Below the pieces are notes generated by a model, which did not search any database, had not been told where the DNA came from, and was given only the letters and a program-made list of their open reading frames with translations. Source: Acidobacteriota bacterium (GTDB taxonomy: Bacteria > Acidobacteriota > UBA6911 > RPQK01 > JAJDTT01). Taken from it: a DNA stretch of 64,000 nt. How positions within the stretch are numbered: position 1 is the stretch's first letter; each line of letters opens with the position of its first letter. Location of the stretch: the NCBI GenBank assembly GCA_965217775.1, contig CBDCJH010000002.1, forward strand, positions 1,888,001-1,952,000, in the 5' to 3' direction. The position numbers were made by a program, and so were the translations under genes. Of the stretch, positions 40,891 through 51,472 are shown one piece after another.

Positions 40891-41120
40891 GAGCCGTCGT
40901 CGATGATCGCGTAGACAGCCTCCTTGTCGGCCAAGTCTACACGTGCGCGCATCGACTGGCTGAACCAGTCAAGCTCAGGATCGATCTGATCGGCACAGCG
41001 CGAACGGAGTCCCTCGGCCAACAGCCCGGTGACCAGTTCGCCCAACGTACCGCCTTCCTTCTTCTGAATGCTCTTTAACTCCTCCATAATCGGCGTAGCA
41101 ATGTTGATGGTCGTCCGCAT
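40887..41120 (-). CDS. vapB: VapB antitoxin
   Basis: MRTTINI...TLGELVT...ARVDLADKEA; overlaps the vapC start. Confidence 0.85.
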   Translation of the reverse strand: MRTTINIATPIMEELKSIQKKEGGTLGELVTGLLAEGLRSRCADQIDPELDWFSQSMRARVDLADKEAVYAIIDDGS

Positions 41121-41243
41121 GATGTAAGATGCTAATTGGAGACGCATCAGATGTCAAACCATGTATTTTCTTATCCAATTCATATTTCGAGTGTCCGATC
41201 CTACTAGCACGTGATCTATCGGGTACTGCGGCCCTGCCGGCCC

Positions 41244-42041
41244 TCACAACTTTTCCAGCAACTTGCGGACCTGGGACGGCGGGTCCATGTTCGGCACCGA
41301 TTTGGCGTTCTCCAGATACCCTTCCAGCAGTTTCCGCGCTCTCGGATACAGGGAGGAGCGTTTCGCTTCGATCCACGCTTTGGCCGCAGTCAGCCAAAGT
41401 TTGCGGTTGTCGGGATCCCGTGCGAACGCGGCGTCGAAGAGTTCGTCGCTCCCCGCATGCTGGCGGCGCCTGGAGAGGAACGCGGCGTGTTCCGCCAAGT
41501 ACTCAGTGTTGTCCGGGGCAAGTTTGCGGGCCAGCGCATACTGCGCGGATGCATTCGCAAAGTCCTTGTCGTGCTCGAAACAGGCGGCCCAGGCGATGGC
41601 GCCTCGCGCCTCGTCGAGCTGTTTGATCCGATCCGCTATTTTCCGGGTCTCGGCCTTGTTTCCTCCCACCATACCGGGGGCCTCAAAGTGGAAGTTCTGA
41701 AGGGCCTCCAGCGCGTCAAGACTTGAACCGTCCAACTCGACGGCGCGTTCGAAATGCGCTTTCACCTTCTTCGCCAGACCCATGGCCCGGAAGCGGCCAA
41801 AACCCGTCATGCCTTCGGCCCGACGCCCCATCGCGACTCCTAGCCAAAAATGGTAGGTCGAGTTGCCGGGATCCTTGCTCACGGCTCGTTCCAGCGATTT
41901 CTGCGCACCCTTGTAGTCCTCGATCCCACACAGGCGGCGCCCTTCCTCCCAGTCCTCCCGGCCCGGCTCGCCGGCCGCAAGGGTCGCGATGCAGAACAGC
42001 GCAAGTGCCAAACTCCCTCTAGCCATCATCGTCGCTCCCAT
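41244..42041 (-). CDS. Secreted TPR-repeat protein
   Basis: Signal peptide; TPR-like helices (LERAVSKDPGNSTYHFWLG); APGMVGG. Confidence 0.75.
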   Translation of the reverse strand: MGATMMARGSLALALFCIATLAAGEPGREDWEEGRRLCGIEDYKGAQKSLERAVSKDPGNSTYHFWLGVAMGRRAEGMTGFGRFRAMGLAKKVKAHFERAVELDGSSLDALEALQNFHFEAPGMVGGNKAETRKIADRIKQLDEARGAIAWAACFEHDKDFANASAQYALARKLAPDNTEYLAEHAAFLSRRRQHAGSDELFDAAFARDPDNRKLWLTAAKAWIEAKRSSLYPRARKLLEGYLENAKSVPNMDPPSQVRKLLEKL

Positions 42042-42183
42042 TCACATGACCTTGGATTCTTCGTTTCCCTGCTGAGCCGGGCCTCATTCTCCATGACTCG
42101 AGTGTCCGCCGGCAACCGTACGTCGTTCATGTCTAGTCCAATTGGCGTCCCGTGGCGTGGCTCTCCGCACAGAGTGAGGCTAT

Positions 42184-42341
42184 CAGCCCGTGGCAAAAGT
42201 CGTCACGGCATTCGACCGTCCCTGCATCCCGGCGGACTGCGTTGCGACTCGGTCACATACTCCCGGTATGCTCCCTCATCGCGCCTTGTCCGGCGGGCGC
42301 AGGAACGGTCTCGGTGCTCGCGAGACTTTCACCACGGGCTG
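42184..42341. mobile_element. 158-bp MITE, copy 1
   Basis: TIRs CAGCCCGTGGCAAAAGTC / GACTTTCACCACGGGCTG; flanks CTAT and CTAA; closely similar to 50294-50451. Confidence 0.85.
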
Positions 42342-42349
42342 CTAAAGTA

Positions 42350-42560
42350 GGAGGCTCCCTGTCAATGGTCGTTGACAGACAATGCGTGGCGAGAGCCTGG
42401 AATCGGCTCAGGGGCCGGAGCTGGCCGGAGAAGATCGTAGTGGACAATGGGTCGGAGTTTCGAGGGCGGATCCTGGACCGATGGGCCTATCAGACGGGAA
42501 GAAAGCTGCATCTCATCGAGCGTGGGAAACCGATGCAGAACGGGTTGCCGAGCACGGTCG
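42350..42560 (+). pseudogene. IS3-family transposase (rve) fragment
   Basis: PEKIVVDNGSEF...LDRWAY...IERGKPMQNG. Confidence 0.8.
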
Positions 42561-42608
42561 AAAAACCTTGAGCCGAGTCGATACTTGATCTCCCTTAAAG
42601 GATCTTGA

Positions 42609-43613
42609 TCAGCCGCAATTGGCACTTCCGGCATCATGGTGTGCGGCGAGCGAGGCACACATGCGGGCCAGCCGGTGGCGCAGCCTGGCCGGTTTCTCCA
42701 CCGTGACGCCGTCGCCCCAAGTGAAGAGATGCCAGCACATCTCGTCGAGACCGCCGGCACGGAAACGCACTGTCAGCGAGCCGTCAGGGTGCTTGGCGAG
42801 GGACTGGCCGGGATGGAACAGGAATGCGGCGGCATCGCCGGCCACCCCGGCCTCGAACCGCAAGACCGTCTCGACGAGTGGTTCCTGGAACACGCCAAAC
42901 GAACGCTCCGCAAAGCGCTGTAAATCGAACGACCGGTCGCGCTCGAACGTTTCGTTGGTAGCACGAGCCTCACTCATGTTCGCGAGCCGCCAAAGTCGCA
43001 TACCGTCCGCCCAGTCCGTCCGCCCGACCAGGAACGCCCGGTTTCCGTAGAGTACGCCGTAGGGCTGGACGCGCTGCGAGCTGCGCCGCCCGGTCGACTG
43101 GGAGATGTAGTCGAATTCCACCGCGCGTCTCGCCTTGATGGCACCGCGCAGCAGTGAGAGCAGGCCTTTTTCGAGGTGCGGTCTGGGGCCGGCGCGCATG
43201 GCGAGTCCCTCAGCCCGCATGAGCACCTCCAGATCGGCATCGAACTCCTCCGCGTCGAGGGGACGCCGCAGGGCGCGGAGCTTGCCCGCGAGTTCCCGGA
43301 GCACGTTGGCCCGTTCGACGAGGCCGGTCCGGTCCAAACTCTTGGCGGCGGACTCGACTTCCGCCAGTTCCTCGGGCGAGATTCGGATAAGCGCGCGCAA
43401 GGCGCTGGATTGGAGCCGCCAGTGGTGCCGCCTGTCGTCCCTGTCCACCATCTGTAGCGGACCGAACGCCGCCTCGACTGCATCGCGCATCCGTTCCGCC
43501 GTACGGCGGCTGACGGAAAACTCCTCGGAGATGTCGTCCAGCGTCAATCCGCTCCAGGTTCCCTGGAGCCGAATCGCCAAGCGCAGGATGTCAATAGCCC
43601 GTCGGTAACGCAT
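42609..43613 (-). CDS. HTH-WYL-WCX transcriptional regulator
   Basis: GLTLDDISEEFSVSRRTAERM HTH; VQPYGVLYGNRAFLV...WRLANM WYL; FHP...W.DGVTVEKP. Confidence 0.9.
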   Translation of the reverse strand: MRYRRAIDILRLAIRLQGTWSGLTLDDISEEFSVSRRTAERMRDAVEAAFGPLQMVDRDDRRHHWRLQSSALRALIRISPEELAEVESAAKSLDRTGLVERANVLRELAGKLRALRRPLDAEEFDADLEVLMRAEGLAMRAGPRPHLEKGLLSLLRGAIKARRAVEFDYISQSTGRRSSQRVQPYGVLYGNRAFLVGRTDWADGMRLWRLANMSEARATNETFERDRSFDLQRFAERSFGVFQEPLVETVLRFEAGVAGDAAAFLFHPGQSLAKHPDGSLTVRFRAGGLDEMCWHLFTWGDGVTVEKPARLRHRLARMCASLAAHHDAGSANCG

Positions 43614-43644
43614 ACCGCCGATTCCTTTGTCTATTCCCAGACCT

Positions 43645-45777
43645 TTACCCTTGCCCAGCCCTTGACACTGATCCGAGAAGATCGCTGGCACTCCACGACC
43701 TTCGGAAGCCAATCGCTGTGGGACAATTTGGCTTGGCTTCGCACTCCTCGCGCAGCATGGCGGCGAGGGCCTCCGGGTCTCCCAGCTTGTCGAGGATCTC
43801 AGCCTTCCGGCGAACCACGGCAAAATCGCCCGGGGTGAGGCTGGCGAGATCCGTGATTCCCGCGGGGGGCGTGAGGTCAAAGAAAGTGCGGAAGGCCGCC
43901 GTCGCCTGCCCGGGGCCAAGGTAGTCAAGCGTGATCTTGAAGTCGAAACGTCGCAGGGTCGCAGGATCTAGGCGCTCGCTGAAGTTGGTGGTGCAGGCGA
44001 ATGGCAGGGGATGACTTTCCATCCAGGTCAGCATTTCGTTGACTTGACTCAACTCCCATGACCGCTGGGCCAGGCTCCGGTCGGCGAGCAGCGAGTCGGC
44101 TTCGTCGAAGACCAGGAATTGTTCTGCGTCGCGCGCCTCGGCGAAGGCGGCGGCGATGCGCTGCTCGGTTTCCCCCAGCCACTTGGACATCAGGTCGGAG
44201 GCGCGTTTCTGCACGACCTGCAATCCCATCCGCTCGGCCAAGTAGCGGACATAGGCGCTTTTCCCGGTGCCGGGTGGTCCATTCAGACAAAGCGAAACCC
44301 GTCTCGCGCCGAGCGCGGCCAAGCGTTCGGCAAGCACCGCCGGATCGAGATCGGTGCGAATCAGGGCAGGATCGAACTTGGACGGCGCTCCTTGAGGAGG
44401 GGTTTCGCCCGACAACAGTCGCGACAGGCTGCGCACACCGCAGCGAACCGTGGCGATATCACCGCCTTCCACGAGTCGGGCGGCGGCGGTGACCCCGGCT
44501 GCCACGCCTGGCGTCACGTCGTACTCCCTGGCCAGAGACTCCGCCTCCCCGGCGCCCGCTTCGATGCCGTGACGGGCGAGCTGCCGGGCCCAGATACGCG
44601 CCCGGACCCGGGGCGTGGGCTGGCGCAGTTCCAAGGCGAACATCATGCGCCGCAACACCGTTGGACAGGTCTGCCGGGCGGAGTTGGAAGTCCACAATGT
44701 AGGCACCGCGTTCTGTTCCAGCAACCGGTTCATGAATACCTTCGAACCCTCTGCCCGAAGCCGGCCGCGGCCGGACTGTTTGAAATACGGCATGCCCATG
44801 AAAGCCGGATCCCGAAGTAGATCTTCCATTTCGTCAAACAACAGAATCGAATCGCGACCGCTGGACAGCAGGCGCTGCGCAAGCCGGAGTTCCTGAAGCC
44901 TTTCGAAACGATTCGGCTCGTTACCCCACTCGTCCGCTTCGCCGACGCTGTAGAGCTTCACCTTCAGCCGACGGGCGAGGGTACTGCAGAACTGGGTTTT
45001 GCCGGTCCCCGGAGAACCGTAGATCAAGACGTTGACGCCCGTTTCGCGCGCCTGCAGCGCGCCCTTGAGCAGGCTTTCGGCGTGGTCGCGGCCTTCAGCG
45101 ACATGCTCGAAGTCCGACCATTCGAGTTCACCCGGCGGCCCCACGTCGAACAGAAGGCACCGCGCATCGATGCCGGTATCCCCGGGGGTATGTACGAGCC
45201 GCTTCAATCGAGCGATGGGTTTAAAATCCCCATCGTTGTCGATGGACAAAAGGCCCGACCGCACGAGCGGCGCGTGGGTTGCAAAGCGGCCGAAACACGA
45301 GCCAAACGTCAGCCCGAGAAGATCCGGCAGCACGCGGCTCCCGACGTTGAAGACATTCACGAACCTTCTGTCGCCACTCCTGACAACGTTGTCGACGATC
45401 GACTCGATGGCCGGCTGCGTCTGGTAGCGCAGCAGAAACTCGAGAATCACGATATCGGTTCGAGAAAGCTCCATCTCGCGTCCGAGACGCCGGATTCGGA
45501 GTGCCGTCCGATCGGCGCGAACGTGTTTCGTCTCCGCCTGCTGACCCTTGAGGATGTCCCGTAGTTGCTGCCATCGTGCTGCGGTCAATTCTCCGTGGGA
45601 GTAGGCGTAAAGTCGTTCTTCAATTCGTCTCGCGTCACAGTCGGCGACCGTCAGATGGTCAGCCCGCTCGGCTACGCACTCGGCCAGCGCCCGTGCTTCC
45701 GGGCGATTGTGATGCAGGCGCGAGGCCAGGTTCGAGAGGTACCCCAGAATCAGGCGCCGTTCGTAGCCGTTCAGCAT
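43645..45777 (-). CDS. Double-domain AAA+ ATPase
   Basis: GSPGTGKT/LLFDEME and GPPGTGKS/LVFDEAD; TTN...LDPATLRRF. Confidence 0.9.
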   Translation of the reverse strand: MLNGYERRLILGYLSNLASRLHHNRPEARALAECVAERADHLTVADCDARRIEERLYAYSHGELTAARWQQLRDILKGQQAETKHVRADRTALRIRRLGREMELSRTDIVILEFLLRYQTQPAIESIVDNVVRSGDRRFVNVFNVGSRVLPDLLGLTFGSCFGRFATHAPLVRSGLLSIDNDGDFKPIARLKRLVHTPGDTGIDARCLLFDVGPPGELEWSDFEHVAEGRDHAESLLKGALQARETGVNVLIYGSPGTGKTQFCSTLARRLKVKLYSVGEADEWGNEPNRFERLQELRLAQRLLSSGRDSILLFDEMEDLLRDPAFMGMPYFKQSGRGRLRAEGSKVFMNRLLEQNAVPTLWTSNSARQTCPTVLRRMMFALELRQPTPRVRARIWARQLARHGIEAGAGEAESLAREYDVTPGVAAGVTAAARLVEGGDIATVRCGVRSLSRLLSGETPPQGAPSKFDPALIRTDLDPAVLAERLAALGARRVSLCLNGPPGTGKSAYVRYLAERMGLQVVQKRASDLMSKWLGETEQRIAAAFAEARDAEQFLVFDEADSLLADRSLAQRSWELSQVNEMLTWMESHPLPFACTTNFSERLDPATLRRFDFKITLDYLGPGQATAAFRTFFDLTPPAGITDLASLTPGDFAVVRRKAEILDKLGDPEALAAMLREECEAKPNCPTAIGFRRSWSASDLLGSVSRAGQG

Positions 45778-45810
45778 CGCTTTCACCCCCAAAAAATTAT
45801 TTGTGGAGCG

Positions 45811-45844
45811 AGTCTAGCAGGCGAATACGTCAGATCCGGACGTA
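45811..45844 (-). promoter_or_regulatory. Putative extended -10 promoter with adjacent palindromic operator
   Basis: Minus strand TGcTAGACT (45811-45819); inverted repeat TACGTC-N7-GACGTA at 45826-45844. Confidence 0.4.
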
Positions 45845-45989
45845 CTTCTAAGCGACAGTTAAAAAATTTCGTTTCAGGAACCCACGAAGAGTGACTGTCC
45901 CCACAACGACCGTCCCCTGTTTGCCCTGACCCTGATCATCAGCGGGGCTCACCAGACCACGGCTCATGCCGAATCATCCAACCCACTCT

Positions 45990-46190
45990 GTGAAGGGACG
46001 GTCTGGATCGACCCGGACATCAACATACCGTAGGACCCGCCCGCACTTGAGAGCGTTACAGATGCCGGACGAGCACAACGAAGGAGGTTCGACCGTCGCG
46101 TCGATGACTGGATCGCCGCCGACGCCTATCTGTTCACCGCCCGATTCAATGACGGCCTGACGACCGAGGTTCAGGTCAATCCGGAATGTC
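45990..46190 (+). pseudogene. Fragment of a conserved hypothetical secreted protein
   Basis: Reads GTVWIDPDINIP*DP...FDRRVDDWIAADAYLFTARFNDGLTTEVQVNPE with an internal stop. Confidence 0.45.
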
Positions 46191-46198
46191 GTATCGAT

Positions 46199-49100
46199 TT
46201 ATTGTTGCCAGACCGGTACCACCGGCAGTGTGGTGAATATCTGACTACCGATATCCATCTCGAGGGCCACTCCTGTGAACCTTCCCTGCCCGGACACGGT
46301 ACAGCGCACCGATCCTCCGAAGTCTGAGGAATCCATCTGTGGGAATATCTCATCGACGAAACGGGCCGTCTGCCCCTGACCGTTCAACTGGATCTCCGTC
46401 TCCGCCAGCACCGCGCCTTTGCGCATTAGTTGACAGGTCACTCCCAATTCCTTCTCCTCCAGATTGCGAATCGCGACCCCGGTGCGGATCCCTCCCTTTT
46501 GGTACCGGACCGGGAAGATCGCGTCCCGGACGGGCCGGCCAGGTTCCACCCCAGCGACGCCAACGCCTTGTATGTCAAAGCGCAGAACTCCGCCTATGAC
46601 GACATCCGCCAATACTCGAACCGATCCAGTTGATACTTCTCCCAGGCCATGGGTCGAAATCGTGAGCTCGCCCAATGGCTTCATCGCCGTTTCAACGGTC
46701 AGAGCGGGGTCGCCAGGGAACCTTTGCCGCAACTTCAGATCTCCGGTCACCTCCACGACCGATTCCGGGTCGATGGACTTGCCCTCCCGATCGTAGAAAT
46801 AGAGGGCGGGCCGGATTGGGTAGATGGACATGTTCGCCAACACGATTTCCGAAGTGATGGACTCTCCATTGGCGAAGTGCGCAAAGTTCAGGATCGTGGT
46901 ATCCAGTCGCCGCACCGACGGGAATGGCATTACCGGCACCGTGGTGAAGATCCGGTTGTCTGGATCCACCTCGATCGCCACTCCCGTAAACTGGTTCTCC
47001 TCCGGTACCGCACACCGAACCGACCCCACGAATTCGGAGGTGTCGGTTTCGGCGAAGACCTCCTCGAGGAACCGGGCGACCTGCCCGTTGGCCTCCAACC
47101 GGAACGCTGCCGTCTCCAATATGGCGCCGCCTTTCATCAATCGGCAGGTGACTTCCGCCGCTTCCTCACTCAGGTTGTGAATTGCCATCGCGGTCCGGAT
47201 CCCTCCCACTTGGCGCCGGGCCGGAAAAAGAGCGTCCCGCAGGGGTCGACTGGCACCCACCCCTGCAACTCCGATACCAGGAGCATCGAACCGTAGGACT
47301 CCACCGATGGGCCCGTTGGACACTACTCCGACTGATCCGGTCACCAGTGGGCCTCTGCCATGGGTCGTTATAGTGAGTTCGCCAAGGGGTGCCAGCTCCC
47401 TTCGGACCCTCAGAGCCCCGTCTGTTTGCATCACGAAATCCCGCATGACATCCACTACGGAATTCGCTCGAATTGGATCGCCCTTCTGGTCGGAAAAATG
47501 AATCACGGGCCGGATCGGCCGGCTCCCGATGTTCATCAACACCACGTCGGAATATATTGACTCACCGTTACCGAAATGTGGGAAATCCAGGGACAGTGTC
47601 TCCAGCACTGTCAGCGGAACGTCGGCATCCTTGAGGAGGTAGTAGCCGGAAGGATACCAATCTTCGGGTTTCGGGGGTCTCGGTAACCTTCCCAGATCTA
47701 CCGTAACGGCCGCGAGCGTGCCGGGTGTACGAGACACCTTGAAGACGGGGCTTGTCACTCTGCCCGTGGGGATGATGATTGCGGTGCGGGTAGGTTGACT
47801 CCGGACGAATTGCAAATCTCCCGCTTGGGCACGATCTTCCTCAATTGAGCCGTTGTTCACAGTCGCGGGCAGAACGATCGCAAAGGTCGCTCCAGCGTGC
47901 ACCCGGACCCGAAAACGACCTTCATCGACCAGTTCCAATGAAATGACGATAGGCAGGGGACCCGGGTTGCCATGCAGTTGGACGATGTACAGCGACTTCA
48001 GTCCGGAGAAGAGACCGTCAGTCAGACGAGTCAGACGATTGAATTCCAGGTCGAGCCAGGTCAGGGCGGAAAGTCCAAGAAAGGCCCCCTTCGCCAAATT
48101 AGTCAGGGCGTTGTAAGACAGGTCGAGGCGTTCTAGAGACGGCAACCCGGAGAACGCTCCCGCCGGAAGTGTGGTCAGGGCGCCTCCAATAAGGTAGAGG
48201 TCCTGGAGGGCATTCAATCCCGTGAAGCCCCCAACCGGCAAGGTCGTCATGCGGGTGCGAGACAGGTTGAGCCGTTCCAGGGCCGTCAGTCCGGCAAAGA
48301 CTCCGGGAGACAAGTCGGTCAGCCCGCAGTCAGACAGATCAAGACGCACCAGGGACGACAGCTCGGAGAAGATTCCGGGAGGTAGTCGAGCAAGATCATT
48401 ATCTGACAGACTGAGCCATTGGAGCGAGGGGAGTTCCGAGAAAACTTCCACTGGCAGGCCAGTTAGCGCGTTCTTGCTCAGACTCAACTCCTTGAGTGCC
48501 GCCAGTCCTCCAAAGACTCCCGTCGGTAGTGTGGTCAGGTCATTCCGGGCCAGACTGAGCCACTGCAGTGAGGGGAGTTCGAAGAAAATCTCTTCGGGCA
48601 GAGCGGTCAAGTTATTGGAAGTCAAGCTGAGTCGCTGTAGCGCCGGCAACCCGGAGAAGGCCCCGACCGGCAGCGTCTCAAGTTCGTTGTAACTCAGATA
48701 GAGCACCTGTAGCGCTGATTTTCCAGAGAAGACCCCGCTCGGCAGTCCGGTCAAGTCGTTGTACCTTAGGTGGAGTCTCCGCAGGGCAGACAACCCGGCG
48801 AAGACCTCACGCTCCAGTCCGGACAAGCTGTTGTCGCTCAAATAGAGTTCCTGCAGACCCGTTAGCCCGGAGAAGACCCCGACCGGCAGGGTGGTCAGGG
48901 CGTTGTCATTCAAATAGAGACGCTGGAGTCCCCTTAGACCGGAGAAAAGTCCGGCCGGAAGGGTAATCAGATCGTTGTGAGACAAGTTCAGCCATTGCAA
49001 CGATGGAAGTCCGGAGAAGACATTGGCCGGCAGGCTGGTCAGGTGATTGTACCGAAGTGTGATCGCTTCCAGCGACGAGAGTCCGGAGAAATCTCCAGCC

Positions 49101-49429
49101 TTCAATTCCATCAACGGTTCGGAGAGGTCCCCCCCAATATAAGGGGCCTGGTAAGGATCCTGGAAAGTAACTTCGTGGGGACCGACCAGTCGGAGGACAC
49201 CCTCTATCCCGGCCAGATCCGCCTCGTTCACATCGGCACAATCATTCTTGCCTGGAACTAATTTTACGATCGCGTCGCGGACACCCGGAGTCCGGTCACA
49301 GACCGGCGTGATCTGTGCCATTGTCCATTTCGGGACGGCCATCACAAGGATTCCCAACATTGTGGTCAGGGGAATTCTCGTGGATCTCATTCGGTGAAGA
49401 GGTGGAATCCTCAGGCGGGTCACTGACAC
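46199..49429 (-). CDS. Secreted leucine-rich-repeat protein with two copies of the shared C-terminal domain; start uncertain
   Basis: VCDRTPGVRDAI cap; about 16 24-aa repeats LxxLxLxxNxLxxLPxGxFxGL; duplicated PHF(G/A)NG...RFD...FTT(L/V)PV modules. Confidence 0.9.
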   Translation of the reverse strand: MSVTRLRIPPLHRMRSTRIPLTTMLGILVMAVPKWTMAQITPVCDRTPGVRDAIVKLVPGKNDCADVNEADLAGIEGVLRLVGPHEVTFQDPYQAPYIGGDLSEPLMELKAGDFSGLSSLEAITLRYNHLTSLPANVFSGLPSLQWLNLSHNDLITLPAGLFSGLRGLQRLYLNDNALTTLPVGVFSGLTGLQELYLSDNSLSGLEREVFAGLSALRRLHLRYNDLTGLPSGVFSGKSALQVLYLSYNELETLPVGAFSGLPALQRLSLTSNNLTALPEEIFFELPSLQWLSLARNDLTTLPTGVFGGLAALKELSLSKNALTGLPVEVFSELPSLQWLSLSDNDLARLPPGIFSELSSLVRLDLSDCGLTDLSPGVFAGLTALERLNLSRTRMTTLPVGGFTGLNALQDLYLIGGALTTLPAGAFSGLPSLERLDLSYNALTNLAKGAFLGLSALTWLDLEFNRLTRLTDGLFSGLKSLYIVQLHGNPGPLPIVISLELVDEGRFRVRVHAGATFAIVLPATVNNGSIEEDRAQAGDLQFVRSQPTRTAIIIPTGRVTSPVFKVSRTPGTLAAVTVDLGRLPRPPKPEDWYPSGYYLLKDADVPLTVLETLSLDFPHFGNGESIYSDVVLMNIGSRPIRPVIHFSDQKGDPIRANSVVDVMRDFVMQTDGALRVRRELAPLGELTITTHGRGPLVTGSVGVVSNGPIGGVLRFDAPGIGVAGVGASRPLRDALFPARRQVGGIRTAMAIHNLSEEAAEVTCRLMKGGAILETAAFRLEANGQVARFLEEVFAETDTSEFVGSVRCAVPEENQFTGVAIEVDPDNRIFTTVPVMPFPSVRRLDTTILNFAHFANGESITSEIVLANMSIYPIRPALYFYDREGKSIDPESVVEVTGDLKLRQRFPGDPALTVETAMKPLGELTISTHGLGEVSTGSVRVLADVVIGGVLRFDIQGVGVAGVEPGRPVRDAIFPVRYQKGGIRTGVAIRNLEEKELGVTCQLMRKGAVLAETEIQLNGQGQTARFVDEIFPQMDSSDFGGSVRCTVSGQGRFTGVALEMDIGSQIFTTLPVVPVWQQ

Positions 49430-49638
49430 TTGGATCTATTCCTCCTGGCAGGGATTGAAGCGTTTCTCAGTATTCAATGATGCGGGGAGACCGCCCAGGG
49501 TCGAATCCAAGTACAGGTGATTGATTCAAGTGCCCAACGGCAGTAGGCATTCCGCCCGAATCGGCTCGGAGAGGCCGGTAGTGGAAGCCGTAGTCGGCGT
49601 TCCAAATCATGTGAGGCAGGGTGGACGATCCGTCCCGA

Positions 49639-50892
49639 CTACCGGGTCCAGTCTTCCGGAGCCGGGATCCCGCGGCTGGTCAACCTCTCCAATCCCGGGT
49701 CCAGCGACAACGCGGACGCCGTGTTACCTCGGATCAGCGCCGCGAGGGTGACATCGCGAAGGATGCCGCGAATCTGGCCGGTCGCCGGACTGCGAAGGAT
49801 GGTCACCGGTCGGTCGGTTTCCTGGTCCAGGGTGACCGAGCCGCCGGGGACGGACAGCGTGATGCTGGCCAACTGGTCAGCCCACTCGGGCTGTACGGGC
49901 AGGACGAAGGCGAAAGAGGATCTCCCACCTCCGTCCGCCACCTCCGGCATTTCGAAGCTCAGAGAGAAAAGCTCATCTCCGGCGGCGGTTCGCCCGTGGA
50001 TCTCATGCGTGCCGGTGGACCTTGGCAGCGACGCCGGGGCCTCCACCACGAACGCCGGCTCGAGGAACGGAGCACCTCCGGCGCCAACACCTCCCCAGAG
50101 CACGAGGGACTTTGCCGGGGCGGCGACCAAAGACGGCAGCTCGCCGCGGGCGACAGTGGGCAAGCGGTACCGAAGCGCGTTGGTGAAATGGTAGTCGCTG
50201 ATCCATTTGGAGTCGCGGAGATTGCAATAGGACATCAGGTCCGGCCAGATCGGGGGCACCAGCCGGCCGCCGATTCGGAAGTCGTATCCCCAGCAGCCCG
50301 TGGCAAAAGTCATCACGGCATTCGACCGTCCCTGCATCCCGGCGGACGGCGTTGCGATTCGGGCACATACTCCCGGTATGCACCCGAATCGCGCCTTGTC
50401 CGGCGGGCGCAGGAACGGTCTCGGTGCTCGCGGGACTTTCACCACGGACTGCCAGGTGCCGACTGACCCGTCGGCCGCGGGAAACGACGGGTCCAACATC
50501 GCGGGACCGCCACACGGCGCATGTTGGAGATTCAAGTTGTGTCCAAGTTCGTGCGCAATTGTCGTCGAGTTGACCGTCGAAAAGCTTGACCAGCCGGGGC
50601 GGTAGGCGATTCCAACGACACCACCAGTGATTTCTCCTGCCATCATGCCCATGTAGTAGCTATAGGCGCCCTCCATGGCACGGATCAATTCAGTTTCGTG
50701 AAGCAGGTCATAGCCATTGTTGGTCGAGCTCAATACAGACTCGTGGGCGGTCACCTCCAGCTTGCCGATCGGCAGCAGCGTGCGCGTGTCCCAGAGCGAG
50801 GAATGCCCCTCAGGATTCAGGGCCATTCCATTAGCCACTGCCAGGACCGAAGAATCGGGCTCCTGGCGCCATAGAAAGGGAATCACGGTCAA
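49639..50892 (-). pseudogene. N-terminally truncated M66-like metallopeptidase with in-frame MITE
   Basis: IAHELGHNLNLQHAPCG, WGYDFR, DLMSYC, WISDYHF; begins mid-domain with no signal peptide. Confidence 0.75.
50294..50451. mobile_element. 158-bp MITE, copy 2, with CCAG target-site duplication
   Basis: CCAG at 50290-50293 and 50452-50455; TIRs as in copy 1. Confidence 0.88.
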
Positions 50893-51472
50893 ATGGAGTC
50901 GCCCGATAACCGGGAGTGATCTCGAAAGGCCGCTCAGGCTCTCACGCCCATGACGAGATCAGCAACAGCAACAGTGCAGCCAAAGGTCCCCAGAATTTCA
51001 TCGTGGACATGGATAGCCTACTTGCTCAGACGAGACCCATCCCTCTGGGTCCGGCAAGGGCTCTCTCCTGGTGAATCACTCGCCGCTCGGTGCTGTTCTC
51101 ACTGTCCCCAACAAGCGACGTAGCCTAATAAAGAAGCGGGAGGTCTACCTGGGATGACCTCCCGCAGGTAATGCCCGTGCGATGGTGACGGATTGTCATC
51201 AACTAATGTACCAAGTCGTGACGTCCCAGAGTGTGCGGACAGCGCTCCTCCCCTCGTATGACGCGCCCCATGCGTCCTTGACGTGGGGGCGCTAATAGCG
51301 ACGACTGCCCGGGCGGACGGTGGTACCGCGTGGAGTCATGTGTACGAAAAAAGCAAGAGGTTGCGACGGTTCCAGTGCATCGGTACCTTGGTGCCATTAA
51401 TTTATGCGGTCCGGTTTTTCGGACCGATGACCGTCAGGTTAAACATCGGAAACACGACTGAAAGGGTACGAC

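Noticed and set aside
47990-49100. 72-bp periodic repeats as a possible CRISPR-like array
   Set aside because: They are coding LRR units; no CRISPR array, tRNA or rRNA was recognised in the window
51283-51400. PIN-toxin-like scrap (ALIATTARADG)
   Set aside because: Too short and degenerate to support
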